DNA of 64,000 nucleotides from Mizuhopecten yessoensis. Its lineage: Eukaryota. The stretch's first letter is position 1. Every line of letters begins with the position of its first letter. Under the pieces are notes generated by a model. The model saw only the letters and a list, made by a program, of their open reading frames with translations. It ran no database searches and was not told where the DNA came from. The stretch lies in contig NW_018480037.1 of assembly GCF_002113885.1 (NCBI RefSeq), positions 62,001 through 126,000 on the forward strand. The letters are read 5' to 3'. Positions 27,601 to 41,200 of this stretch are shown one piece after another. The position numbers and the translations under genes were made by a program.

Positions 27601-29803
27601 ATTTCTTTCTGATTACATTTGTTAAACACTATATTTTTGTATCTCAAAATCTACAAGTACTGGTAACTTCAGGATTCATATACTTAACTGATCATTATTA
27701 ATGTTTACATATGTATGATTATAGGCTTCAATTCTTAGAAAATATATATTCCTGATAGAAATTTGATCTCTAAGTTGCACCAAACCCCCTGAGATCTGAA
27801 GGGTGGGGTGGGGGTGATGGTACCATCCAAATTACCCAGGGGGGATGGTGTAGGATCTTCAGCTTGTATGTCACAATTCCTCCCATGAATGTGTGTAGGT
27901 TCAAAACATCCATTCTACACAAAATCCAGTTTCATGTCAGCATGTTATTGTAGTTCTATGTACCTACAACTTTCTAGCATAATGAAACATCATATGCATC
28001 AGCTAACATTATTTACTTTCTGTTGACAGTGAGCGACTACGCCCCAAAAGTCCAGACAATGATTCAGATAATGGTAAGCAATGTGCATCACTGTTATACA
28101 ATATCTGTAGTCATAGTAACAGAAAATAAGTCCAGCATTCAAGCATGCTTACGCCACATACATGTATTAGTAAAATTCGTCCACAGTAATCTAACCATTA
28201 AGTGCTTTGTTAAAAACTTCCATGAATTAACAATTATTCACCCCATAGTACCCACTTGTGTTTGGTCTGTTTAAAAAAAAAAAAAGATTAATCCAGAAGT
28301 TTGGGATGCTATAATGCTGCTTTTTATCATTGTTTGGAACAGATAATGATCTAATTGTTTTGTGTTACAGAAATCCCTGTGATACCAGACCTTGAGGACC
28401 AACAGGATGACGATATGACCTCCACGATTGCAGTAGCTCCAAAGTACGACCTCTGTCACCAAACATACAATCAGTCTTCGATTGTAATAAATGGAATGTT
28501 CAGCACATGTAGTTTTATGACTCCCTGATATTATCACTCTTGTTTAGTATTTACAAATTACAATATCAATCCATCCTTTTATTGCTTTTCTTCAGATGAA
28601 ATATAATTAGTATGTACTTCTGACAAGTATTTACTTGTTCATGTACAGTATCAGTACTGTAGACATTTTAACTTTTATGATATCAGAAACTTTTTAAGAA
28701 GGAAAAAATGAATTTGAAAGGAGGCAGGGAAACAAATTATTTAAAAATGACCCCGGTATAGGATGCTGTGTTGTATTTTGTTGCAGTGTTGCTGTAAACA
28801 GGGTGGCTACTTACAGAGAATTAGACAATGACCTCCTGAGACAGGCTGCATTTCTGACACTGGTAAGCTTCAGTCAGGTATCCCTTGAGATTATTTATGT
28901 TGCAAAATAAAAAATTGTACCAAATATTTTCAAAAGCCATCACATAAGTTTTAATAAATGACCCATTAGGCATGACACAGAACAGTGTAGCTATGCTTTG
29001 CTTTAGGGTGAAAGGAGATATACCATATTACTTAATCCGCTAATACTCTCGCTTTAGGTTCTGGTACTGGGTCTTCAAAGTCTATTTTTTTCCGGGACAT
29101 ATTTCATACACCATTTATACATACACCACCTATAAAAGTTCTGCTGTGTGATTGTACTGTGATGTGGGATGTTTGATTATGGTAACAGATTATTATATAT
29201 ATATATGTAATTGCAGGATAATGAGATTGATCTGAAGTTACTGACCAAGTCCCTATCAGCAGAGGCTGATTTAGTTGAGGTAAGGCCTACTGGGTTATAC
29301 AAATCCACAATGAGGTAATTGCTTCTTTACTCTTTGGACATATATTTAACCTTGAAGGGAGACGTTTTGTAAAACATTTTCCTACCTGTCATGTCTTTAA
29401 ATGGGACATATACAATGTAGTAAGTTTAAACAACATCTAGGATGATCATACATGGTCCACCTTAGAATAGTGTTTACTGCTGATGTCATTTGACCTCATA
29501 TATATTAAATCATTATATTTTCTTTACCACCCGAGTAGAAATAAAATAGTTTTGTTTGATAGTTATATTTAAAACAAGCTACGGAAATGAAGGTCTTCAG
29601 AAGACTTAAAATATTTTGTGATAATGTCTGGTGTGTCAATATTTACATACAGTAATATTAATATTGACTTTGAACCATTATGTCTACAGGATGATAAGCC
29701 CTGGGACTGGGACCGACTATTCACGGAGGTCACATCCGAAATCCTGTCACAGATGGAGAACACGGAGGAACCAGAGTCACAAGAGCAACAGCAGTCCTTA
29801 TGA
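15673..29803 (+). CDS. IFT43: Intraflagellar transport protein 43 (IFT-A subunit)
   Basis: Exons 15673-15723, 17947-18063, 18828-18886, 19336-19371, 28030-28073, 28371-28443, 28787-28862, 29217-29279, 29690-29803 are all GT-AG and phase-consistent. The C-terminal half (IPVIPDLED...VAVNRVATYRELDNDLL...LTLDNEIDLKLLTK...DDKPWDWDRLFTEVTSE) matches the conserved IFT43 motifs. Confidence 0.95.
16050..17808 (+). mobile_element. Degenerate 5'-truncated CR1-group LINE (reverse transcriptase pseudogene) in IFT43 intron 1
   Basis: Broken ORF2 segments KARGPHGI..RVLKE..PQLAPIL..LFQQS..TGQVPSDWRKANVVPIFKKG, NYRPVSLTSVCCK, DFSKAFDKVPH, LFLLYINDI, MFADN and YLGITI, interrupted by stops and frameshifts. The 3' tail is accagaaccagaac. 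The 5' boundary is approximate. Confidence 0.92.
18191..18390. mobile_element. Short MITE-like remnant (tactgtaaa... type)
   Basis: It starts tactgtaaaatc and has internal repeated cacgaaattaaa/cacaaaatttta motifs. The right terminus is degraded. Confidence 0.5.
19464..19738. repeat. 46-bp tandem repeat, about 6 identical copies
   Basis: Unit acagtgtcacttgtccctgggatgttgtcactgttgtctgttgtac. Confidence 0.95.
19981..20542. repeat. 26-bp minisatellite, about 21 copies
   Basis: Unit ctgtagggtgaggctacttgtgtac(a/c). Confidence 0.95.
21690..23580. repeat. Degenerate ~46-47-bp minisatellite
   Basis: Recurrent ggttgtcctgtgtgtcctactct.agtgtcct.actgtgtctctcta units. Confidence 0.9.
24684..25066 (+). 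mobile_element. Non-autonomous dispersed element with terminal ~160-bp hairpin (copy A)
   Basis: It is the reverse complement of 35344-35688 over most of its length. A palindrome spans about 24903-25062, centred on cctcggc-tga-gcctcagg. Confidence 0.85.
25141..26170 (+). mobile_element. Helentron-associated non-autonomous element (HINE/DINE-1-like) with internal ~315-bp tandem units
   Basis: 5' tttttaggtcacctgag subterminal repeat with a nearby inverted copy (ctcaagtgacct), a ccgtccgtcg microsatellite, duplicated central units, a 3' ctcaggttacc and a stem-loop aggccc-tt-gggcct, followed by cttgttt. Confidence 0.85.
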
Positions 29804-30168
29804 GGGGAGTGGAAATCCATTGAACAATAGGTCGTTTTAAAACTTTAATGTCAGACACCAGAGTGGGATTTACTGAATAACTGCCAGGTTGAGGTTCAAT
29901 ATTAACAGATATTGAAGTGCACAGTTAGTGTTGGACACAAATAATGACTGATCTGTCCAAAATGAGGAAAGTGTACCACATATCAACATTGTGCACAATA
30001 TTTTTTCAGATTTAATTGTTAATAATTTTAAAATATACATGGAAGAAATCACATGTACTTGTAATTATATACAATATTATGATGGGTATCTGTTCCAGTA
30101 CACATTACTGTGTGTATGTATGTCAGGGTGAGAGTATGGGTGTATGTCTAATATGTAAATAGTCTATC

Positions 30169-30174
30169 AATAAA
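30169..30174 (+). terminator. Probable polyadenylation signal of IFT43
   Basis: AATAAA about 370 nt after the stop codon. Confidence 0.55.
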
Positions 30175-30255
30175 GAAACAACAAATGGTTGTCAGGATTG
30201 AATCTGTTATTTGTCATGTACACATTTCCATACTGATATAAGATATTTCCTACAT

Positions 30256-31222
30256 AAAACAAGAGATCCTAGAAGGTTCTTGGCACCCACCATGTAAGGA
30301 TTTGTATCAGATCTACAAAAGATGGTTTTTTACCTTCTTTGCTCTTCATTTTCCTTAGAGGTACTATTACCCAGTCCCATGTTGGAAATCCTAAACGGGA
30401 ATCTTGTACATTATCTTAAACCCTGTAATGTCAAATGTTATTTGGCACATTATTTTGTAATTCTTACGTAATTAAAAGTGCCGTCAAGGATGTCTGATTT
30501 ATCATTAGGGCCAGGGGTTTAACATGGGGACCAACATGAACATACATATCAAATACCTAGTAGTGATAACAACATTGAACTGTCGACATCAAGATGGCTG
30601 TCTGGTGGCCATCCTGTTTTCTGATCAGTCCCTATAATCAATATGCAAAAGTAGGGACTATTGGGAACCTTCGTGCAAAATTTGAGAATGATCTCTCCAG
30701 TACTTTCTTAGAAATAGTGCTAACAATCCTTAACTCTCAAAATTCAAGATGGATATCTGTCGGCCATCTTGGTTTATGGATCAGTCCCAAAATTTCATGT
30801 GAAATTTGACAAAGATCCCGGAAGAACTTTCTGGATAATAGCGCTAGCAAACTTTAGCTGTCAAAATTCAAATGGCCTCCTGTAGGCCATTTTGGTTTCT
30901 GATCAGTCCCAAAATTTGATACACATAACTAGGGACCAAGGAGAATCTTCCTGTGAAATTTGAGAAAGATCCCTCCAGTACTTTCTAAGAAATAGCAGGA
31001 CAATCTTTAACTCTAAAAATTCAGGATGGCACCTGTCAGCAATCCAAGTTTTCCAATCAGTCCCAGAATTGGATATGCATACCAAGGAACCATAGGGAAC
31101 CTTCATGTAAAATATGAGAAAGATCCTTCCAGTACTTTCTGAGAAATAGCGCTAACAAGAATTGTTAAAGGACAGACAAATATTGATTTGAATAGCTCAT
31201 CTGATGATGGTGGGCAAAAAAA
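30256..31222 (-). mobile_element. Second Helentron-type non-autonomous element (different family) between the IFT43 and SPATA17 3' ends
   Basis: The minus strand starts tttttgcccaccatc..., has a tgtctgtcc microsatellite and ~155-bp internal tandem units (gatcagtcccaaaat...aaagatccctccagtactttct), and ends ggtgggtgcc...stem-loop...ctcttgtttt. Confidence 0.75.
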
Positions 31223-31642
31223 TTAAATGCACACAAAAATATAATTTGGGGCACATACTACTTGTATGTAATAAAACATAGCAAACTCTTCAGTGGCTTA
31301 CTCAGGAATACTGACTGTGTATCACAAAACTTGTGTGTGTTTTGGTTCCATGATGTTAAGTACATGCACATTGAAAAGTATATGAAAACTTAGCTGACAA
31401 GTCCAATTGTACTAGCAAATTGTGAAAGTTTGCACATTTGTTTAATAGCAAAATAGTTTTAAAATTTAACACGTGAAGGAAAATTATCTCAAATGCTTAA
31501 TATTTTTTTGTTCATTTACAAATGGTTGGAATAAACAAGTTGCATTTTAAAGTAAGTCTTGTCATCTATAAATGATGTCATGTCCCTGTGGTTCGCAGTC
31601 TGTCACAACAACACTTAATGTCAATCAAAGGTTTTCAAAAGT

Positions 31643-31648
31643 TTTATT
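31643..31648 (-). terminator. Probable polyadenylation signal of SPATA17
   Basis: tttatt on + (AATAAA on -), about 650 nt past the stop codon. Confidence 0.5.
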
Positions 31649-32297
31649 ACATACAAAATTACTGTACATCTTTACAAATACAATTGTTAAACAAATCATA
31701 TATCTACAATAAAGTTTCACAGCCTGTAGACTAACATAGCTTGTTTTACAATACAATGATCTGTAAACTTACAATCTGGACGGATCTGCTATATCACATT
31801 CTAGTGGAATTGCTTCAATTTAAGGTTGTATAATACCAATACATACACAAAACAACACTGGCAGTCTGTAGTGTGTTACAGGTCTGTACCATACCTATCA
31901 ACTCATGTAACATACCTTTTTATGTGTCCATTTACACAGTAAGCTGTGGCTACTAGATAATTATACTGAAATGTGACCTATTCAGGGCGACATAATTTCT
32001 ATACAAGTTTGTGTAGCCATATTTACCTTCCAGTTATTTGACACTGCTAAAAGTCAGAATTGGAATAGCCTCCCCCCACCCCCAAATGTACATGTGCTCA
32101 TACAGGCCAAAAACAGCAGTTGAAAGACATTTCATAATTAACACCGTTTCATCAGCGTAGATTGAGCCTCACAACATTTGTTGACAATGAATTTTAGAAT
32201 TATTCTAATCCCTGCTATAGCTCTTCAAAGTGTCTCAGCAGTGGTCAGGAGTATGTCCAGTTTGGTCTCACTAATCCAGTAGAGCAGTTTCCAGTGG

Positions 32298-35200
32298 TCA
32301 CACTTGGCCCTGTGAGTAGGTGTCATTGAGTTTGTCAAATATGGGAATTGGGGGTACCAAGGTCTTGAAACTCTGAAAAATGAAATTAAAAAAATCCAAG
32401 TTAACAAAGGGGCATATTGATTCTCTGAAGAATGTAAGCATTCTGTTATCCTGTCCTGTGTAAGGAAGAATTGTACCCAGCTTTCACTTTGTCTGGCTTA
32501 TCTCAGAACAATGAAGGTTTTGTAGTGGTGCAAAACACACCTTTTAGTGACAAGGCAAATGTGCAGGAAGTTGGATCAAACAACTTCTGCATGAAAGGTA
32601 CTTCTTGGGGACCTTTAACCTCTTTCTGTAATATTGACCTTTGCATGAAAGCAGTATTTGACACATGTTGTGTCCTTTAACGAAAATATTTTGGAAGTTT
32701 TATCACATTCAAAAGTAATTGCCTGGACAAAAATAATACATAACCAGTTTAGTGATCTCTGCCCACTAACTTGACAATGGCCATATATCCATCCTCACTT
32801 ATCCAAGTGTGAGAGATCCTTGTCTCACCATAGGGATGGGATGACCTTTTTGACAAGGCCAATGGGGTATTAAAAACAATCACCTTCACCCCCTCCCACT
32901 GTGAAGGGTGAGACGGAGGATCTCCACCAAAGAGGGAAAATTATCATGTTTGGTAAATTCAGAACCTTCCCCTAAGGGTTGAGGACTCATATCTCATCCT
33001 GATGTCCTTGAAAGTTTCTATTAATCTTCAGAAGTTATGATCAGGACACAGATATTATTGACCAGTTCATTGACAGAATGACATTTCTTGCACTAATGAC
33101 AATTTTGATTAGTCAATATTTTACAAGGATATAAAATGGTCGCCAATTGGCTATCACTTCACAAGTCAAAACTTCAAGAAGAAATCTTTTAAATATCTAA
33201 CTCTGTCATAACAAACCACAAATCAACATCACACATCCCTCCACCTAATTATTGTCCACACTGTTAACAACACAATCCTTGTTACTCAAGATCCAGTCAC
33301 ATGGAACATACAGCTGATAGTTACAAATGTACACACACACATACAGCTCTGATAGTTACACATGTACACACACATACAGCTCTGATAGTTACACATGTAC
33401 ACACATACAGCTCTGATAGTTACACATGTACACAAATACAGCTCTGATAGTTACAAATGGTCACACAAGTACAGCTCCATAGCTACACAAGTACACGTAC
33501 AGCTCTGATACATGTAGCTTACATGTTACACATATACATGTTAACAAAGACATCAACAGAACATTCTTCAGCATAGAACAAAGAATATCTTTGTCATCCA
33601 CAGGCAATGTGCAACCATAATATGACATCTGTAAAACAAGCCAACCTACAGAAAACATCTGACATTGGACACAAACACTAACATGGCACAGCAGCCATGC
33701 AAGTGATTTATATAAGCCTGGTAAATTGTTGCAGTATATTCTCGTTGCAATTACTAGCATACTGTAAAAGGTTATTTTGTAAGTCATTATACTTCATATT
33801 TTGTCAAAATAAGGACATCACATCATTACAACATCTATCTATAAATTGCAACATTTTACCAGACTTATCAAAGGGACACAATACACTATACAGTAGCAAA
33901 GTTACAGCCATGTAATGCCGATTCACTGGACACTTGTCTATAAAACACCATTTACCACCATTAAAACCAATTTAAATATTTGCCTTGTCTTTCCATTATA
34001 TTTCCATCATGTCTGGCGGCGTCTGAAAACCAGTTAAAATTTTGGAAGCATGCATATTAAATAAAGGCCTATTCATATTTTTTTGCAGAGGTAACCTTAT
34101 TCTTATTTGTAGCTCTGTAGTGTGTTTGCATGGAATCAGCATGTTCAGCTGTAGTGAGTTTAATTCAAATATAATGTAGAGTTATTGAAATAGCATAATT
34201 TAAGTGATGCAATCACATTTTTTTTTTTAATTCAGTAACTTTTGAGTTGCAGTATAGAAATTCATGATCACAACAAGTTGTTAATTTTATTGCTTAATAA
34301 TGTTATCGCTTAACACCTACTATCAAAACTTGTGGATGTCGTTTCCTTTCAAAACAGAATGCTATTAAGTAGTTAATTTTTAAAAGGTCTTGCAAGACTG
34401 GCCTTTTGAATTAAGAAAGACTTCACACATACACTACATTTCACTTAATATCATGTTGCTTAATGTCACTTTTCTGTTATTATCATGTTTTCTTGATGCA
34501 TCGTTTTTCATGCTTTAGTAATTCAATGTATGATCATTAATGTATTTTTAAATCAATGGGATTCTGAATAAACCATTCCTTATTCTGCAACATACTACCT
34601 GGTATATGATTTATGATTTTCGTTAGCGGAAGTAAAAAATAATTTGTATACAAATTGTAATATTACTGAAATGGACTTTGAGGTGAATACCATCAGGTAT
34701 AAGTATTTCAACTTCAAAATGAAAAACTTGTGCCATACTCATTACCTGTGGGACAATATGTTTGTCTAGGAACTCCTCACGGTAGAAATGTGTACCGAAG
34801 GGTAGATGTCCATATTGTGATGTCGTGTGCAGCATGGGCTCATATCTTTGGTCCTTTTTAGAGAACGGCACAAATCTAATGAAGATAAAATAAAAAACAA
34901 TTGTTGTGACATACTAGTATTGTATCTTTCCTTTCAGAGATGGTCCTCAAATTTTCTTATTATACAGCACTATTTTTAATTATTGATTACAACATGGCTG
35001 TATACATTTTACCATATTTATCTGGCAATCAGCCCATGTTTGGTAATAAGCCCACCAATATATATTGCTTCTAGGAAGAAATGCCAACAAAACTTTTTTC
35101 TTTGTCCTGTTATAAGCCCATCCCCTTACTTTCTTTAAAGGATTATGTGTTTGCCTCCAGGGAAATTACAGGATAAATATGGTAAAGTTTTCTTCCTTAT

Positions 35201-38200
35201 TTAGATGAATACAATCATGCTTTCTGAATTGGCGCTGGGGTCTGGCTTTACCCTTTTGGACTTAGTTCATGGGTCATACCAAGTAAATTGCAGAGCTTTC
35301 ACCATATAACAATAAATTTGCAATTGATTGGCATTAGGAGATTAATAGAATCTTCCCCTACCCTGCAGAGGGTTTAAGACAACCAAAATAATCACCCCGA
35401 GGGTTGGAGATCTCTGTTACACCCTTAAGGTAGGGGATGATTATTTTTCTCCCATCCTATTATTTCAGTCACAACTCCACCGACAGTATAGTGTAAACAA
35501 AAACACATGTGGGGTATGAATAGCGTCATTCACTTTTGATGACGTCACAATTACCGGTGACACATTTTAATGACATCACAATTGAGCACGTGCTAATCGG
35601 CACGAGGCTATCTCCCCCTAGGGGGTGACAAGCTGATCTTTCCCGACTAAAACGGGAGACACACCTGTGAAGGGTGGGAGAAAAAACACTCATAATTCAC
35701 CCCTGAAGATCTAGTCCTTTGATCATAACTTAGAAACTGATCAGACCACCTCCCTATAACCATATATGTGCGATATTGGCATTACTAGATGAACACTATC
35801 GTGATACAAGGACTACATACGTGTTGTCATTGAGTCTAGTGACCCACTCCTCTGCCTTCATTGCCTGTCGAGCCTCCTCTAGGGCAGTATAGGAGGTGGA
35901 AACACGTAACGTCTGCTGGAACGGCTTGTAGCGTTGTTTCTGAACATCACTAGGGTCTCGGAATGGTCCCTGGAGAAGAAAGGCAAGCTTAAATAAAATT
36001 CTGGTAAAGTAAGGAAAATGTACACACAATAGTTGACAAATAAACTGTATTTCTTTTTATTCTCAGAATACAAACATCACTTCACCTAAGACTGTGTTTA
36101 CTAACCTGTGGTTTTTCTGGAAGGGGAGGTAACTGCATTGGTTTAGGGAGATCATAACTCCGGCACACTGGATCATAAGGATCTTTTTCAGGTTTTTTCT
36201 TTTTGTGCACTAAAGGTTTTACACTCCGTAAGATGTATTCTTTCTCTGAAGGGTACCTGTAGACAGTAGATGTAAAAATCATTAAGTTGGGATCCCTTGT
36301 GACATATTTGTTATTAAAAACATGTAACTTCAAAATCAGAGAAAATGGTGGTCTTTAAGTATACATGTGATGTCTCCTAAAAAGCTCAAATCTCCCAGGA
36401 TATAGTGTGAAACATTATGCAACTCTGAGAATACTTTTGTGGTCCTTAAAACTGAAGGTATTTCATGTAATAAGTAAAAGTGTATTCAGTAACTATTAAA
36501 ACAGCAAAAGTTCAAGTGATAAATATAAAGAAAATACTACAGAAATCTACAATCCATAATACCACCAAACATTTACAATCCATAATACCACAGCTCTAGA
36601 CAACACTCACGGTAGGAAGGGTGAGTTGAAGATACCGGGGATGACCTCTGTACTGATCAGGAAGTGGTACTTGCGTGCCTGATATTCCCTCTTCTTGGCT
36701 TCCTGTGCCTCCCTCTTCCTGTACGCGATCTGTTCCTGCTGTTCTGCATATTCCTCCAATTCACTCCTGAAAATTAGAGACAGATACAATACGTGTCTCT
36801 TACAAAGATATTTGGGTGGGAACAGGACAGCTAGATACACTGGTTGTTGTATAAAGAACCAGCTTATGACATTACAAGCATTAGAATGACTTGAAGTTTG
36901 CTCGCTGCTATGGTACTGACCTTGGTTCTTCATGCCCAGTGTAACACGTCGTGACACTATCCAGTCATAAAGTATCCATCTCCGAGATTTAATTGATAAA
37001 TGTTATCCCTTTCACAAGTTATTGCTCAGGGAAGACATAGAATGACTTATCATTTGACCCTGCTGTGACCTTGACTTTTAGGGCATGGACTTTTGTCTGG
37101 TCAGTGACATGCCTAGTCATGATACAACCATCTATGAACTGTCATCAAAAAAGGCTTGTTGAGCTGTTCAAACGTCTTAGTCTGGACAGACATTTAAAAT
37201 GACTTGGTATTTGACTCAATACTGTGATTTTTACCTTACATGCCTATATGAACCTAAGAGTGGTACCCCACACTGTCATACTACTGACCAAAATCTGGTG
37301 TATATATACTATAATACCTATTACATATGTGTACAAAAGGATCACATTCCCTATCTCCTTTATAATGACGCTGTACTTCCACATTACACATTAGTATGTA
37401 ACAGAATATTAAATGTCATATCATGCAGTGAAACCTGTACAATCTGACACCCTGTTAAAGACATAACATGGAGGTCAAATTAGAGAGTATGTAGAAATAC
37501 AGAGGTCTTCTTTTGTAGTTTTCATTAGACAATTACCTGACAATCTCGTTTTTGATTTGTAGGGCTTCAAGATATCGCTTTCTGCTGTGGTAGTTAAACA
37601 CATATTTTCTGATGTAGTATCCACGCCACATCTTCTGGATCTGAAAAGGCAAAATGAACTCAGTCTAACATTAAGTAAACAAACAAGGGCTGCAACGAGT
37701 ACTGTAGTAACTCTATTTGTTCTTGGCTCTGGATCATGATGGACAAACCCTGAATCAAAATCAGTTAAATTTTACAAAGAAATCTGTTCTTTATTGTTCT
37801 GAGTGAAACGTCTTCACAACAGCCCCATGTAAGGTCATATAACGACAGGCCATAACAGCTCCATGTAAGGTTATATAACAACAGGCCATAACAGCACCAT
37901 GTAAGGTCATATAACGACAGGCCATAACAGCCCCATGTAAGGTCATAAAACGACAGGCCATAACAGCTCCATGTAAGTTCATAAAACGACAGGCCATAAC
38001 AGCTCCATGTAAGTTCATAAAACGACAGGCCATAACAGCTCCATGTAAGATCATATAACGACAGGCCATAACAGCCCCATGTAAGGTCATAAAACGACAG
38101 GCCATAACAGCTCCATGTAAGGTTATATAACAACACGCCATAACAGCACCATGTAAGGTCATATAACAAGAGGCCATAACAGCACCATGTAAGGTCATAT

Positions 38201-41200
38201 AACGACAGGCCATAAGAGCTCCATGTAAGGTCATATAACGACAGGCCATAAGAGCTCCATGTAAGGTCATATAACGACAGGCGATAACAGCTCCATGTAA
38301 GGCCATATAACGACAGGCCATAACAGCTCCATGTAAGATCATATAACGACAGGCCATAACAGCCCCATGTAAGGTCATATAACGACAGGCAATAACAGCC
38401 CCATGTAAGGTCATATTATGACAGGCCATAACAGCTCCATTTAAGGTCATATAACAACAGGCCATAACAGCTCCATTTAAGGTCATAAAATGAGAGGCCA
38501 TAACAGCTCCATGTAAGGTCATAAAACGACAGGCCATAACAGCTCCATGTAAGGTCATATAACGACAGGCCATAACAGCTCCATGTAAGGTCATATAACG
38601 ACAGGCCATAACAGCTCCATGTAAGGTCATATAACGACAGGCCATAACAGCTCCATGTGAGGTCATAAAACGACAGGCCATAACAGCTCCATGTAAGGTC
38701 ATAAAACGACAGGCCATAACAGCTCCATGTAAGGTCATAAAACGACAGGCCATAACAGCTCCATGTAAGGTCATAAAACGACAGGCCATAACAGCTCCAT
38801 GTAAGGTCATAAAACGACAGGCCATAACAGCTCCATGTAAGGTCATAAAACGACAGGCCATAACAGCTCCATGTAAGGTCATAAAACGACAGGCCATAAC
38901 AGCTCCATGTAAGGTCATAAAACGACAGGCCATAACAGCTCCATGTAAGGTCATAAAACGACAGGCCATAACAGCTCCATGTAAGTTCATATAACGACAG
39001 GCCATAACAGTTAAAACATAAGTCTCCACAATAAACTTTTTGTGTAAAAGAAATATACATGTACGAGATAGTTCTTTTTGTAGACACCACTGAAGCTTTG
39101 TCTGAACAGTTCACTGTTGTTTCAACACAGACACTAGATACCCCTGCTAACTTACCTTTGTTGCTTTTTCATTGTAGTGATTCAGCTTCATTATAAGTAC
39201 ACTATTCTGAAATAAAGAACACAGAAAATCATTAATTAATATGTAATTATGGTATAAAGATAAACTTTATTTATTTTACAACATATGAAACAAATTATCA
39301 CCTTGGTGAAAGGCAAGTGCGCTGTCCACTGCGCCACCCGACCACCCCAATGTAATAATGGTATGATAATTCCTGTATGTAACATTCTTTCATTAAAGAC
39401 TGATTATATGTCAAACTGACGTACAATCTTTTGTTTTCCTCAGGAATCAAATTCTTGAATGAATACCAGGTAATCTACTTGCTACTTACTTTTACCAGAA
39501 CTCTGAAGTGGCGACGCCCCAGATATCCTCGCCATCGCTTTTGTATTATGTTGGCACTACTGTTCAGATGTCTGTAAAATACACCAAAATAGTCTTACTT
39601 CTGAACTAGACATGTTGACAGAGAACAGTAAGAAAACAAAAATTCATACTTCCTTCATACTCTTTTAAATTTTTTCTCTTAAATGAATCTTCAGTTAAGA
39701 TAATCGTAACAATTTCAACACTTTTTCTTTTTCTTCAAAAAATTCAAGTATGATATGAGCTTCCAGTCTCATTATTCTTCAAAATATTAAATTCATCTTG
39801 TTTATCAAGTTATGATGAAAATAAATGTTGAAAGTATCATGCAACCACTAATTAATGAAATGACTACAGATTGATAATTTATGCTTACGTTATATAGGAC
39901 CTTGTTCTGGATCCTCTGAACCATGCCTGTACTTTAAGAGCAGCAACAAACTCTTTATCACGTTGATTTTCTGCTTCACTGTAAAATGAAAACAAAATTC
40001 ACTGAACTTTTATATTGATACCCACATGATACTTTATTCAGTCTAGATATAAGCTCTATCCTGTTAATTACATTGTATTTATCAGAAAGTTTTTTTTACA
40101 GAAATTGGCCACACTAAAAGCTTAAGATTGTTGCAAAGCATGATTGTGTTTTTCAATCTACATCACCAATGTCCATGGGCCTTTTGACGGCCCCCTGCAC
40201 CATCTTGAATTCCTTCTTTGTATCATATCAGCATTTAACCTTTGACTTGTAATTAATATATATATATTACTTATAAGTTGAATGTGTTAATCTATAATGC
40301 AGTGTTTCTGGGCTTGGTCAATAATCTATAATGCAGTGTTTCTTGGCTTGGTCAATAATCTATAATGCAGTATTTCTGGGCTTGGTCAATACCTGGATAT
40401 CTGATTGTTTACTTGGGTGACAGCTTGGTGGTGATCAATTCTCCACCAAGTACAAGTTTTCAAAACGGCATTATATAATTTATGTATATATAAAAAACAA
40501 ATGACAAGAATTTCTTAGTACCTCCCTAGCGCTTTCACCTCTTTAGAGGTTCATCAGGGAAACTGTTATAACTATATATATATAAAGACATCAAAATATT
40601 CAAGCAGAAATATTGTATGCTGTAAAACATTTTGGTTATAGCTACATATATGTCCAAACACAGCTTCTGTAGTTCACATTTCCCCAAGCAATACTCATGA
40701 AGGAATTAGTACTTGGTCAAGTTGGTGAGAATTGGTCACTAACCAGTACTGTACTGTACAGCACCTGATGAAGTTTAGACATTCTAGACATCTACCTGGT
40801 CAGTAGCAGTAAAATGTACTGTGACCAACTCCAATTACAATTTTACTTATATTGTGTGTATGCCATTGTTTTAATTCGTTATTTGTCTATTCTTTTCTTT
40901 CTAATAGTTTCCCCTTACTGATGTTATTTTGCCAATGTACCAAAATGTATTCAAGTAGTGTCGACGTCAAGAGATACATGGTCCGCTTTGCTACAGTTTG
41001 CAAGTAATTTCAGGTATACATAGACGAGTTCTGAATATACAACATCAAACCAACATGTACTATGTAAACTCGAAATTCATATTGTTGATGTGGTTGATGA
41101 ATAGAATGAGATACACTGTCATGACTGTACACATATTATATGTAGGTCTACATTCACAACTTCATAAATAGGGTCAAAATATAATATGCATGGTATCAAG

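Noticed and set aside
37765-39114. 412-aa, 232-aa and 134-aa periodic ORFs as genes
   Set aside because: They come from a 36-bp repeat within a SPATA17 intron; the flanking exons join in frame without it.
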